Shown one piece after another: positions 36,836 to 46,200 of a DNA stretch of 64,000 nucleotides (its first letter is position 1; every line of letters begins with the position of its first letter). The position numbers were made by a program, and so were the translations under genes. A model generated the notes under the pieces. It worked only from the letters and a program-made list of their open reading frames with translations. It was not told the DNA's origin and searched no databases. Source of the DNA: Patescibacteria group bacterium (GTDB lineage Bacteria > Patescibacteriota > Gracilibacteria > UBA4473). The stretch is from assembly GCA_965660445.1 (NCBI GenBank), contig CBFIAK010000001.1:384001-448000 (forward strand), read 5' to 3'.

Positions 36836-39814
36836 ATGAATCATTATAACCATAAAGACGTTGAATTACGTTGGCAGAACTATTGGAATCGGGAGAAACC
36901 GTTTCGTGCAAACGATTTTTCAAAAAAACCAAAATTTTATTGTTTAGATATGTTTCCGTATCCGTCTGGAGCGGGGCTTCATGTGGGACATCCTTTGGGG
37001 TATACCGCAACTGATATTGTGTGTCGAAAAAAAAGACATGAAGGGTATGAAGTATTACATCCTATCGGTTGGGATGCGTTTGGATTACCGGCTGAAAATT
37101 ATGCGATTAAAACAGGAACAAATCCTCGAATAACAACACAAAAAAATATTGAAACGTTTAAGAGACAAATTCAGTCTTTGGGGTTTAGTTATGACTGGGA
37201 TCGTGAAATAAATACGACAGATCCTGAGTATTATCGCTGGACACAATGGTTGTTTTTGCAAATGCATAAAAAAGGACTTTTGTATGAAAAGGAAATGGCA
37301 ATGGCTTGGTGTGATACCTGTAAAATAGTAGCTGCCAATGAAGAGGTTGAGCAGGGAACCCATGAGCGATGTGGCAACCCCGTTACTCGAAAAAAACTCA
37401 AACAATGGATGTTTCGTATTACCGATTACGCAGAGCGATTATTGCGTGATTTAGATTCTCCCACTGTGTTTTTGCTCCATGGCTGGGGAGGTGATGGTGA
37501 AAACCATTGGTTTGGAGAAATGAAATCATTTTTTGAGTCTCGAGGGTCGCAAGTAATTGCTCCTGATTTTCCAGATACACAAACACCAGATTACCAGACA
37601 TGGAAATCGTTTTTTAAAGAGCATTATGGATCACTCATTCATGAAAATACAGTCTTCATTACTCATTCTTTAGGAGGGGTGTTTGCGAGTCGTTATATCG
37701 CAGAAGAAAAGGTTTGTATTGATAAGTTGGTGCTTACCGCACCTCCGTTACATGATTGCGGAGTGCAAGAGATATCAAACTTTTTTCAAGAACAAACTTG
37801 GTCTCAATCAGTTATTCATTATACGAAAAGACGCGTTCTATTTGGGAGTTCAAATGATCATTTTATTGAAGAATCAGAATTTCATACACTTGCCAAAAAG
37901 CTCGATGCAGAGCTTGTTATTGTGCCACATGCAGGGCATTTTAATACGATATTAGAACCAGAATTAAAATCGTATAGAGAATATATTGATGCATCGCGGT
38001 TACGATGGCCTGAAAAAATTCGGTCTATGCAAAAACACTGGATTGGTAAATCGGAAGGTGCTGAAATTCAGTTTGATATCGAAGGGGAATCAATAACGGT
38101 GTTTACAACTCGCCCCGATACGATTTATGGAGTAACTTATATGGTGTTGGCTCCAGAACACCCTTTGGTGTCTCGTATTACAACCAAACAACAAAAAGAA
38201 GAAGTTGAATCCTATCAGGTATTGTGTGCATCAAAATCAGACTTAGAGAGAACAGAATTAAATAAAAACAAAACAGGTGTTTTTACGGGAGCATATGCAA
38301 TCCATCCATTAACGGATGAAAAAATTCCTGTGTGGATCGCTGATTATGTGCTTTTATCGTATGGCACAGGAGCGGTTATGGCAGTTCCCGCTCATGATGA
38401 GCGAGACTACGAATTTGCAAAAACGTATGATTTGGGAATAAAACAGGTTGTTCAGTCAGAAGAAAATAATGAATTGCCTTTTTGTGAGAATGGGATTGCG
38501 TGTAATTCTGAATTCTTAGATGGATTAGAAACAACAAAAGCAAAAACCGTTCTGGTTGATTATCTTCAAACCCACAATAAAGGAAAACGAAGAGTGAATT
38601 ATCGTTTACGAGACTGGATTTTTACACGTCAACGATATTGGGGAGAACCGATTCCGTTTGTGAGAGACGAAAAAGGAAATCTCTATCCATTAGATGAAAA
38701 AGAGTTGCCAGTGAAACTTCCTGATGTGCAGGCCTATGAACCAAGTAGTGATGGCACATCACCACTCGCTTCACAGAAAGACTGGGTCGAAATACAAGGA
38801 TGGATAACACCAGAAAATACAGTTTCTACAACTGAAGTTATTGGAAGCAAACCACAAAAATTCTTTCGAGAAACCTCCACTATGCCAAATTGGGCTGGAA
38901 GTTCTTGGTATTGGATCCGATATATGGATTCACGGAATGAGCAAGAATTTTGTTCAAAAGAAAAAGAATCTTATTGGGGGCCTGTTGATTTATATGTAGG
39001 GGGAACGGAGCATGCGGTATTACATTTACTCTATGCTCGGTTTTGGCAGAAGGTTTTGTATGATATGGAGTTGGTACATCACAAAGAACCGTTTCAAAAA
39101 CTGATTAATCAAGGACTTATTTTAGGAGAAGACGGAAACAAGATGTCGAAGTCGCTGGGGAATGTTGTGAATCCTGATGATATCGTGTCTCAATATGGAG
39201 CGGATACATTAAGAATGTATGAAATGTTTATGGGACCGTTTGATCAATCAAAACCGTGGAACACAGAAAGTGTTTCCGGGATGAGAAAATTTATAGATCG
39301 TATTTGGCGATTGGCGCATAAGCCCATAAGTGAAAAAAACGAACCAGACTCTTTAATTGCTTTGCGACATAAAACAATCGCTCTTGTAGGGGAACATATT
39401 GATGATTTTCGGTTTAATACCGCGTTGTCACAATTAATGATTTATGTGAATGAATATACCAAACAAGACTCAATAAGTCGTGAAGCATTAGAAGTATTTT
39501 GTGTTTTATTATCGCCTTTTGCTCCTCATATAGCTGAGGAATTATGGCAGACTGTGTTAGGGCATAGTAATAGCATTGCTTATGCCTCGTGGCCTTCATA
39601 TACAGAATCCTATTTAGTTGATGATTCAGTAATATATGCTGTTCAGGTAAACGGAAAAGTGCGAGATACGATTGAAGTAGGGCGTGATACTCCGCGTGAA
39701 ACAGTGATAGATATGGCAAAATCAAGTGAAAAAATTCGTAAATATATTGAAGGGAAGACTCTAAAAAAAGAAGTATTTGTTCCTGAAAAAATAGTTGGAT
39801 TTGTTGTAGCATAA
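36836..39814 (+). CDS. leuS: Leucine--tRNA ligase with an inserted alpha/beta hydrolase domain
   Basis: MFPYPSGAGLHVGH, FTTRPDT, GTGAVMAVPAHD, KMSKS; ~180-aa insert at 37457-37999. Confidence 0.95.
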   Translation: MNHYNHKDVELRWQNYWNREKPFRANDFSKKPKFYCLDMFPYPSGAGLHVGHPLGYTATDIVCRKKRHEGYEVLHPIGWDAFGLPAENYAIKTGTNPRITTQKNIETFKRQIQSLGFSYDWDREINTTDPEYYRWTQWLFLQMHKKGLLYEKEMAMAWCDTCKIVAANEEVEQGTHERCGNPVTRKKLKQWMFRITDYAERLLRDLDSPTVFLLHGWGGDGENHWFGEMKSFFESRGSQVIAPDFPDTQTPDYQTWKSFFKEHYGSLIHENTVFITHSLGGVFASRYIAEEKVCIDKLVLTAPPLHDCGVQEISNFFQEQTWSQSVIHYTKRRVLFGSSNDHFIEESEFHTLAKKLDAELVIVPHAGHFNTILEPELKSYREYIDASRLRWPEKIRSMQKHWIGKSEGAEIQFDIEGESITVFTTRPDTIYGVTYMVLAPEHPLVSRITTKQQKEEVESYQVLCASKSDLERTELNKNKTGVFTGAYAIHPLTDEKIPVWIADYVLLSYGTGAVMAVPAHDERDYEFAKTYDLGIKQVVQSEENNELPFCENGIACNSEFLDGLETTKAKTVLVDYLQTHNKGKRRVNYRLRDWIFTRQRYWGEPIPFVRDEKGNLYPLDEKELPVKLPDVQAYEPSSDGTSPLASQKDWVEIQGWITPENTVSTTEVIGSKPQKFFRETSTMPNWAGSSWYWIRYMDSRNEQEFCSKEKESYWGPVDLYVGGTEHAVLHLLYARFWQKVLYDMELVHHKEPFQKLINQGLILGEDGNKMSKSLGNVVNPDDIVSQYGADTLRMYEMFMGPFDQSKPWNTESVSGMRKFIDRIWRLAHKPISEKNEPDSLIALRHKTIALVGEHIDDFRFNTALSQLMIYVNEYTKQDSISREALEVFCVLLSPFAPHIAEELWQTVLGHSNSIAYASWPSYTESYLVDDSVIYAVQVNGKVRDTIEVGRDTPRETVIDMAKSSEKIRKYIEGKTLKKEVFVPEKIVGFVVA

Positions 39815-39816
39815 AA

Positions 39817-39845
39817 AGACCTGAATACAATTTGTATTCAGGTCT
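39817..39845. terminator. Hairpin between convergent genes
   Basis: agacctgaataca / tgtattcaggtct perfect inverted repeat. Confidence 0.7.
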
Positions 39846-39863
39846 AGAAAGAAACGCAATATT

Positions 39864-40292
39864 TTAAGAATTCCACCAGTCTCGGATTTTATCCCAGACT
39901 CCTTTCTTCTTTTCTTTTCGTAAATCGGCTTTAGTACGCCAATAAGCCGATGCATATTTTTCTTTTTGCTTGGCAATACTATCAGTTGTACTGACGCATA
40001 TACCAAGCTCATTTTCAAGATTTTGAATTTTATATTCCAGCTTATCATTTGTGTTTGATAACTGACTTATATCATTCTTGTAATCTCTTAATATTTCATC
40101 TTGAGCTATTAATTTCCCTTTCAGAAATATCACTGAGTCTTGTAGCTCTTTATTTTGATCTGCAAATTTGTTATTGATGGGATACATCAATTGCCAAACT
40201 GCAAAAATAAAGAGAATAAGCGTTGAGATTTTCCAAAAGTTTTCTTTTACGAAACCTTTGAATGTCATCTTTTCGCTGTTCATTCCGATCAT
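39864..40292 (-). CDS. Hypothetical TM + coiled-coil protein
   Basis: N-terminal TM followed by heptad repeats. Confidence 0.6.
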   Translation of the reverse strand: MIGMNSEKMTFKGFVKENFWKISTLILFIFAVWQLMYPINNKFADQNKELQDSVIFLKGKLIAQDEILRDYKNDISQLSNTNDKLEYKIQNLENELGICVSTTDSIAKQKEKYASAYWRTKADLRKEKKKGVWDKIRDWWNS

Positions 40293-40423
40293 AAACTCTC
40301 CTTTTTTTTGATTTAAAATAGTTTTTTTATTGCGTTTTCAAAGATCTTGTTTTGACAGACTTATTTTCCAAGGAAAAAGAGTCTGTACGAAATAAAATTA
40401 CAATATTTATTATTTAAGTCAAA

Positions 40424-41188
40424 TTATTCTGTAGGGATTGGCGGAAAAAGAAGATTGTCAACAGGGTATATAAGTGCATTTTTACTTTCTATTGTCGGAA
40501 GAAGTACATTTGTGTGATCATTGAGTATTAAGGACTCTCCCGTAAAAGAGGTCAACATTGGAAGGTTTGAAAATGGGGTTATCGCATCGATTTCGACTAA
40601 TTCTTCTGGTAAAAGAACACCATCAATAAAATGTGAAAGAAGTACAAATGTAAGGAGTTCTTCTTGCCCTTTAAATGGATCTTGTTCTATGAAATGAAGA
40701 ATAGATTCATCAAGTGGAGCAAAAAGGGTTATACCTTCTTCTTGTAATGCAGGAAGGAGTTGAGCTTCTGTAAGTAAACTTAAAAATATATAAAATCGAC
40801 CATCATTCTCAAGTGTTGTTATGGCATCAGGTATATCTGATGTGTTTAATTCTTGTGATTGTTCGTTTTGAGGTTCTTCAATCTCATTTATTTGTGGTTG
40901 ATCAGAAGCAGGATTTTCTTCAATTTTTGGTTCTTGTGGAGGTATAACAGGAGATATATCTTCAGTTTTTTCTTCTTCTGTATGGGGTGCTTGAGGAGGG
41001 GTTTCAGTTTCTATTTTTGTTTCTAAATCATCTTTTTGGTCGTTTCCTTCAAAAGGTTCATATAAATCAAGTGATGGGGTTTGTGCTGTTTCTGTGTTTT
41101 TCTCTGTGTTTTGAGGAATGGGTGGTTGTGGTATGGTTGTGCATCCACTCAAAAACAAAAGGAACACAGGAAGAATCAAAAATTTCAT
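40424..41188 (-). CDS. Fasciclin (FAS1) domain lipoprotein
   Basis: Lipobox LSGC; ITLFAP.D; NALIYPVDNLLFP. Confidence 0.8.
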   Translation of the reverse strand: MKFLILPVFLLFLSGCTTIPQPPIPQNTEKNTETAQTPSLDLYEPFEGNDQKDDLETKIETETPPQAPHTEEEKTEDISPVIPPQEPKIEENPASDQPQINEIEEPQNEQSQELNTSDIPDAITTLENDGRFYIFLSLLTEAQLLPALQEEGITLFAPLDESILHFIEQDPFKGQEELLTFVLLSHFIDGVLLPEELVEIDAITPFSNLPMLTSFTGESLILNDHTNVLLPTIESKNALIYPVDNLLFPPIPTE

Positions 41189-41308
41189 AAAAATATATAA
41201 ATAATGTAGGACTACAGCTATCATTTTTTGAATGAAAGGGCAAATTATTTTTTGGGTTGTTTTTTCGGAATGAGACTTTTATGATAGAGATACTTTTTGA
41301 AAATTATT

Positions 41309-41650
41309 ATGGTGTTTTTGTCTGAAAATGTATTCGAAAAAATTATAAAGAAAGAAATTCCTGCCGATATTGTGTATGAAACTGAGACTGTTCTGTGTTT
41401 TTGGGATATTAAACCACAAGCAAAAGTGCATATCCTTATTATTCCGAAACAATACATCAAAACCGCAAAAGAGGTAACCGTTGAAAATAAAGAGGTATTT
41501 GCAGATTTATTTTTAGCGGCAAAAGAAGTAGCATCACAATTCCGTCTTGAAGGGTATAAGCTTATTATGAATGTTGATGAAGCGGGGGGGCAAGTTGTGC
41601 CACATGTTCATTTTCATTTATTAAGCCCCGACTATACGCATAACTTGTAA
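41309..41650 (+). CDS. HIT-family nucleotide hydrolase
   Basis: KIIKKEIPA, DIKPQAKVHILIIPK, HVHFH. Confidence 0.93.
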   Translation: MVFLSENVFEKIIKKEIPADIVYETETVLCFWDIKPQAKVHILIIPKQYIKTAKEVTVENKEVFADLFLAAKEVASQFRLEGYKLIMNVDEAGGQVVPHVHFHLLSPDYTHNL

Positions 41651-41651
41651 C

Positions 41652-43064
41652 TTAACGAAGCCAATCAGGGAGTGTTGGATTCGATGTGTCTGAAGGTTTA
41701 TTTGTTTTGAGTGATTGCACTATTGGTTCAGTTTTTTCTCGTTGAGTATCAGTAGAGGATTCTTTTTGTGCGGGTAGTACTTCAAAAGGAATAGATACGG
41801 GAGCTTTTGGAGTGGTTGGTTGAGGTATTTCAGGTGTTTTATTCTTTGGCATTGTGGGTACCTTCTTTTCTTCTACAACGGCAGGAGTGAGTGGAATAGC
41901 TTTATCAATATTATGTCTTTGTTTTTGGTATTCTGTGATAAGACGAAGAAATTGGTCATGGATATCGTTTATTTTTTTGTTCTCAATGATAAACATGAGT
42001 CCATTTTTTTGAGATATACCTTTTCCACCTAAAAACATATTGAGTTTTTGTGTATCAAGAGATGGGCTTTGTGATTGGAGTGATATATGAGTTGTATTTT
42101 TAGTCTCTAAAAAAAGAATTGATATCTCGATATCACGGATATAAGGAAGAAGTATTTGGTTTATCTCGTCAATACTTTCTCTGTTTCCGTTATAGTTTTG
42201 AATAGTATTGTGTGATAGTGTGCTCCATGCGATTTTATGAATGGGGTCCGTATTGAGTGTTTCAAGTATATCTCCCCAAGACCGAAGTGTAGAGAATTTC
42301 TTTGTTTTAAAGAGTCGATTGATAACATCAGTGTGATCAGCTCCTTTGTTATAGAGTTTACTCGCAATATGAAACGTGTGAGATTTTGTTTTTGAATCTA
42401 AAAAACTTTCGGTTTGTTCGATGATTCCCGTGAGGAGAAATGTTGCTATTTCAGGGGTTATAAGATTCTCAGTTTCTTTATGTGATAAAAGTATATCGCA
42501 GATCATTTCTCCAAGTGATGATTTCTGAATATCAACATAATTCAGTGTTCCAAAAAACTCATTTTCAGATGACGTGCTGATATTCAGCACGGGCGTTGTT
42601 TGAAAAAGTTGAGTATTTTCTTCAAAGAAAACTCCCAGATCTTCTTTTGTGTGAGCACCAAGAGTGATAATTAAATCAATATCAAATAACCCTTTTCGAA
42701 AAGAAATATCAGTTTCATTTAGAGAACCGGACTCAGGAACAATAAGAATTTCAACACAGTCATCAAGTGTTCTATATTGTAATTTCTTAACTCGATTTTG
42801 AGTCGTATTGAGTGAAATAATAAGATTATTTTTATCCGGTACTGAATGCAGAATAGAATCCGTATTTAGGTATGAAAACTGAAATGGTTTGGTTTCGGGG
42901 CCAAATGAAAAAACTTCTTTTTTCATTGATTGTATTACTGATTGAAGCGCAAGCATTGATGTTAAGATATCTCCATTCCAATGGGTTGGAGCGATGATTG
43001 CTATTTTTTGAGATTCCTCAATGAGGCGAACGCATTCAGAAACAGGAGTCTTCTTTTGGGGCAT
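41652..43064 (-). CDS. DHH/NrnA-like phosphoesterase homolog with degenerate motifs
   Basis: Fold landmarks present (GD...ALQ, DLIITL, N..FG.LN.VD, IAT.LLTGI..T.SF) but no DHH triad. Confidence 0.7.
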   Translation of the reverse strand: MPQKKTPVSECVRLIEESQKIAIIAPTHWNGDILTSMLALQSVIQSMKKEVFSFGPETKPFQFSYLNTDSILHSVPDKNNLIISLNTTQNRVKKLQYRTLDDCVEILIVPESGSLNETDISFRKGLFDIDLIITLGAHTKEDLGVFFEENTQLFQTTPVLNISTSSENEFFGTLNYVDIQKSSLGEMICDILLSHKETENLITPEIATFLLTGIIEQTESFLDSKTKSHTFHIASKLYNKGADHTDVINRLFKTKKFSTLRSWGDILETLNTDPIHKIAWSTLSHNTIQNYNGNRESIDEINQILLPYIRDIEISILFLETKNTTHISLQSQSPSLDTQKLNMFLGGKGISQKNGLMFIIENKKINDIHDQFLRLITEYQKQRHNIDKAIPLTPAVVEEKKVPTMPKNKTPEIPQPTTPKAPVSIPFEVLPAQKESSTDTQREKTEPIVQSLKTNKPSDTSNPTLPDWLR

Positions 43065-43203
43065 AAAAATAAATGATTAAATCTTATTTTAAAATATTTT
43101 ACTAAATATGTCAATAAAAACACAAGGATTAAAATGATTTACTTTTATTTTATAAAATAAATTTGCATAAAGGTCAAATATATTATAATAAGTATTATGA
43201 AGA

Positions 43204-46200
43204 ATGAAAAAGTTTTCCTTAATTCGTTTATTTGCACTTTGGGTGTTGAGTGTTGGAATATTTGTTTCTGCACAAGCGAGTGGTATTCGAGTACAAGAAT
43301 TTCTTGCTAATCCTCAAGCGGTTTCAGATGCATCTGGTGAGTGGATTGAGTTGGTAAATACGACCAATCAATCTATTGATTTGCAAGGTTGGACAATTGA
43401 TGATGGAGGCGTGGAGCATTCCGTCTCATCATCAGTTCTCATTCCGCCATTGGGAGAGATTGTTGTGTGTAGAAATGCAGATAAAATGACGAATGGAGGC
43501 GTTCGATGTGCCTATGAATGGTCGAGTATGAGTCTTACTAATACAGGAGATGTTATTACTATTCGAAATACCGAAGATATAATTTCTCATACAGTTACTT
43601 TTGATGGATCTGATGTGGAGAGTGGAAGGTCGACTATTGTTGATGCGCAAAATAATCGAACAATTTCTGAAAACAATCCTGCTTCTGCACGATTCGGATT
43701 TGATGCTCAGGGGGATTATGCAACGCCAGCACAAAATCCGCGAAATGGAAACTCGTATTATCCAACGATTCAGAACGCAATTGATAATGCTCAGGCATCA
43801 CAAACGGTATCCGTTCCATTTGATGTATTTGAAGAACAAATCATTATTCAAAAACCAATTATTATAGAAGGTGATATTGCGGGTGAAAATCAGGTTGGAG
43901 TTGGTGATAATGCTCCCATATTAGATGGAAGTTTCCTTATGGGATCAGTTCAAAATGTAGCAGCTATAACGATTGCAGATTCTATTGATCAGGTTGAGAT
44001 AAAAGGGTTTCGCATACGCGACTATAATTCGGTATCTCTTGCGAGTGAGGGACGCGGAATTTCCACAAAAGGAAATACTCAGAATACAGATATTATTATT
44101 GCTCATAATGTGTTTGAAAACATAAAAACAGACGCTGTTTTGATAGAAAGTACACTGAGTGATTCACAAGCTATAATTGAATATAATGAGTTTCAAGACG
44201 TAAATAGAGCTCTTCATTTGGTATCGGTTTATGCCACTGATATTGCCCATAATGTTTTTTCTGATTTAAAAACTGATAGTGATGGAATTGCTCTTGCTCT
44301 TATTTGTGAAAATGATGGAATTCCAGAGAGAGAATGTAATGGAAACTATGTTTTCGAAAACACGTTTGAAGGGGATATGCATATTGGATTTCTTATTGTT
44401 GCTGAAGGAAACATCCATTCAGCGTCTTTTATCGATACACTTGTTATTGAAGACAATACGTTTCAAGGTGATTTCGTTGGTATTTCTGTTGAGTCTGTAC
44501 AAAGCGAGGACAAAATTGATATTTTAAATATAAAAGGAAATGTTTTTGATATACATGATCACTATGCAATTGAGTTTCACGAATCACAAGGTCAATTATC
44601 GAATGTGTTGATACAAGAAAACAAATTTATAGGGAACCAAAATCAAGGCATTTTATCCTCTGCAAATACTTCTCTTGATGCCCGTTTTAATTGGTGGGGC
44701 ACGAGTAATGGACCTTCATTATTTTCTGATGGAATAGAGTATGCACCATGGTTTTTTAATGAAACAATGACGACCGTTACGGGTATGATAAAAAATATTA
44801 CTTCTTCAACAGCAAATGGACTTTATAGCCAAGGCGATAGTATTTCGGTTGATATTGAGTTTGTTCATGCGGTGAGCATAAGCGGATCAGGAATTTCAGG
44901 AACTCTTAATAGTGGAAATACGGTTTCTATTGATTCAGTGAGTAACAAAAACACAATATCGTCTTCATTTATTGTTTCAGTAAATCAAAGTACAGATGAT
45001 CTTCAGTTAACCGATATATCACTGAATACAGGATCTTCAATAACAGAAGATGAAAACGGGTATCCTGTTGAGTTTCGTATTCCCAATGGCGCTAATATAG
45101 CTGATAATAAAGATATACAAATCGATTCAGTGAATCCTCGTTTTGATTCTCTATCATTAACTTCAAACAATATTGCGAGTCCAAGTTATGCGGGATCAAA
45201 TAGTGTTTTGACGTTTTCTCTTGTTCTTGAGACTCCAGATTCTTTTTCTCAAGGGAATATTTTATTTACTATTGGCGAAGGGGAAGAACAATCTCTCTCT
45301 TTTCAAGAACCTGCATCACAGCAGAAAAAAACAACGTATACGGCGGTGCTTGATATGAGCAATTATAATGGGACTTCTGATGGAGATACTTTGCTTATCA
45401 CTGGGATTGAGTTTCAAGATAGTGCGAGAAACCTTATTCAGTCTCTTCCTGTGCTCCCATCAGAGCCTTCACCAACAGTTCTTATTGATAATACAAAACC
45501 AGTTTTACATCAGGTGTCCTATTCGACCACAAATTCAAACCCAAACTGGGCAAAAGAAGGCGACACAATTGTGTATACACTCAGTTTTTCAGAAGATGTA
45601 ATTCTTGAAAATCTTTCTCATCCAACGGTATCACACAATGCTTCTGTGCGTCTCAAAGATATAACAATTCCATCGTATGCAATACAAGACACTCTTGAGT
45701 TTTCTGTAAGCAATATGGACAACGGAGACATAGATTTTTCAGATATTGAATTTACGATTACCGATAGAGCCGGTAATGTCTCAGATGTACTCACTGAAGT
45801 TGATGTGAATACCGCACTTTCTCTTTGGATACAAGAAGGTGGGAACCGTATTCAAGCAGACACAATTATGCCAACAATAACAGATATGACGATCTATTCG
45901 AATAATGCGCTTAATACGAATCTTGCCAAAACAAATGACACCATAACGATTGATATGACAACCAACGATAACCGAAGTCCTACAGTTTCTCTCGTTTCAG
46001 AACAATCACACATACTCAATCGTTCAATTACTTCACAAAACCTAGGGTCTATAGGCAGTAACCGTACGGTTCATCGTATGACTGACGGTACAGAAGATTC
46101 ACAAGTGATTGTCCCTTTTGCAGTTCAGATTCAAGATGAAGCAGGAAATCAATCATTGGTTCAAACAACAACAAATGACGGTTCAATGGTTCAGTTTGAT

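Noticed and set aside
37457-37999. Intein or intron in leuS
   Set aside because: No C-terminal His-Asn splice motif or endonuclease motifs; the frame is continuous and the insert has hydrolase motifs
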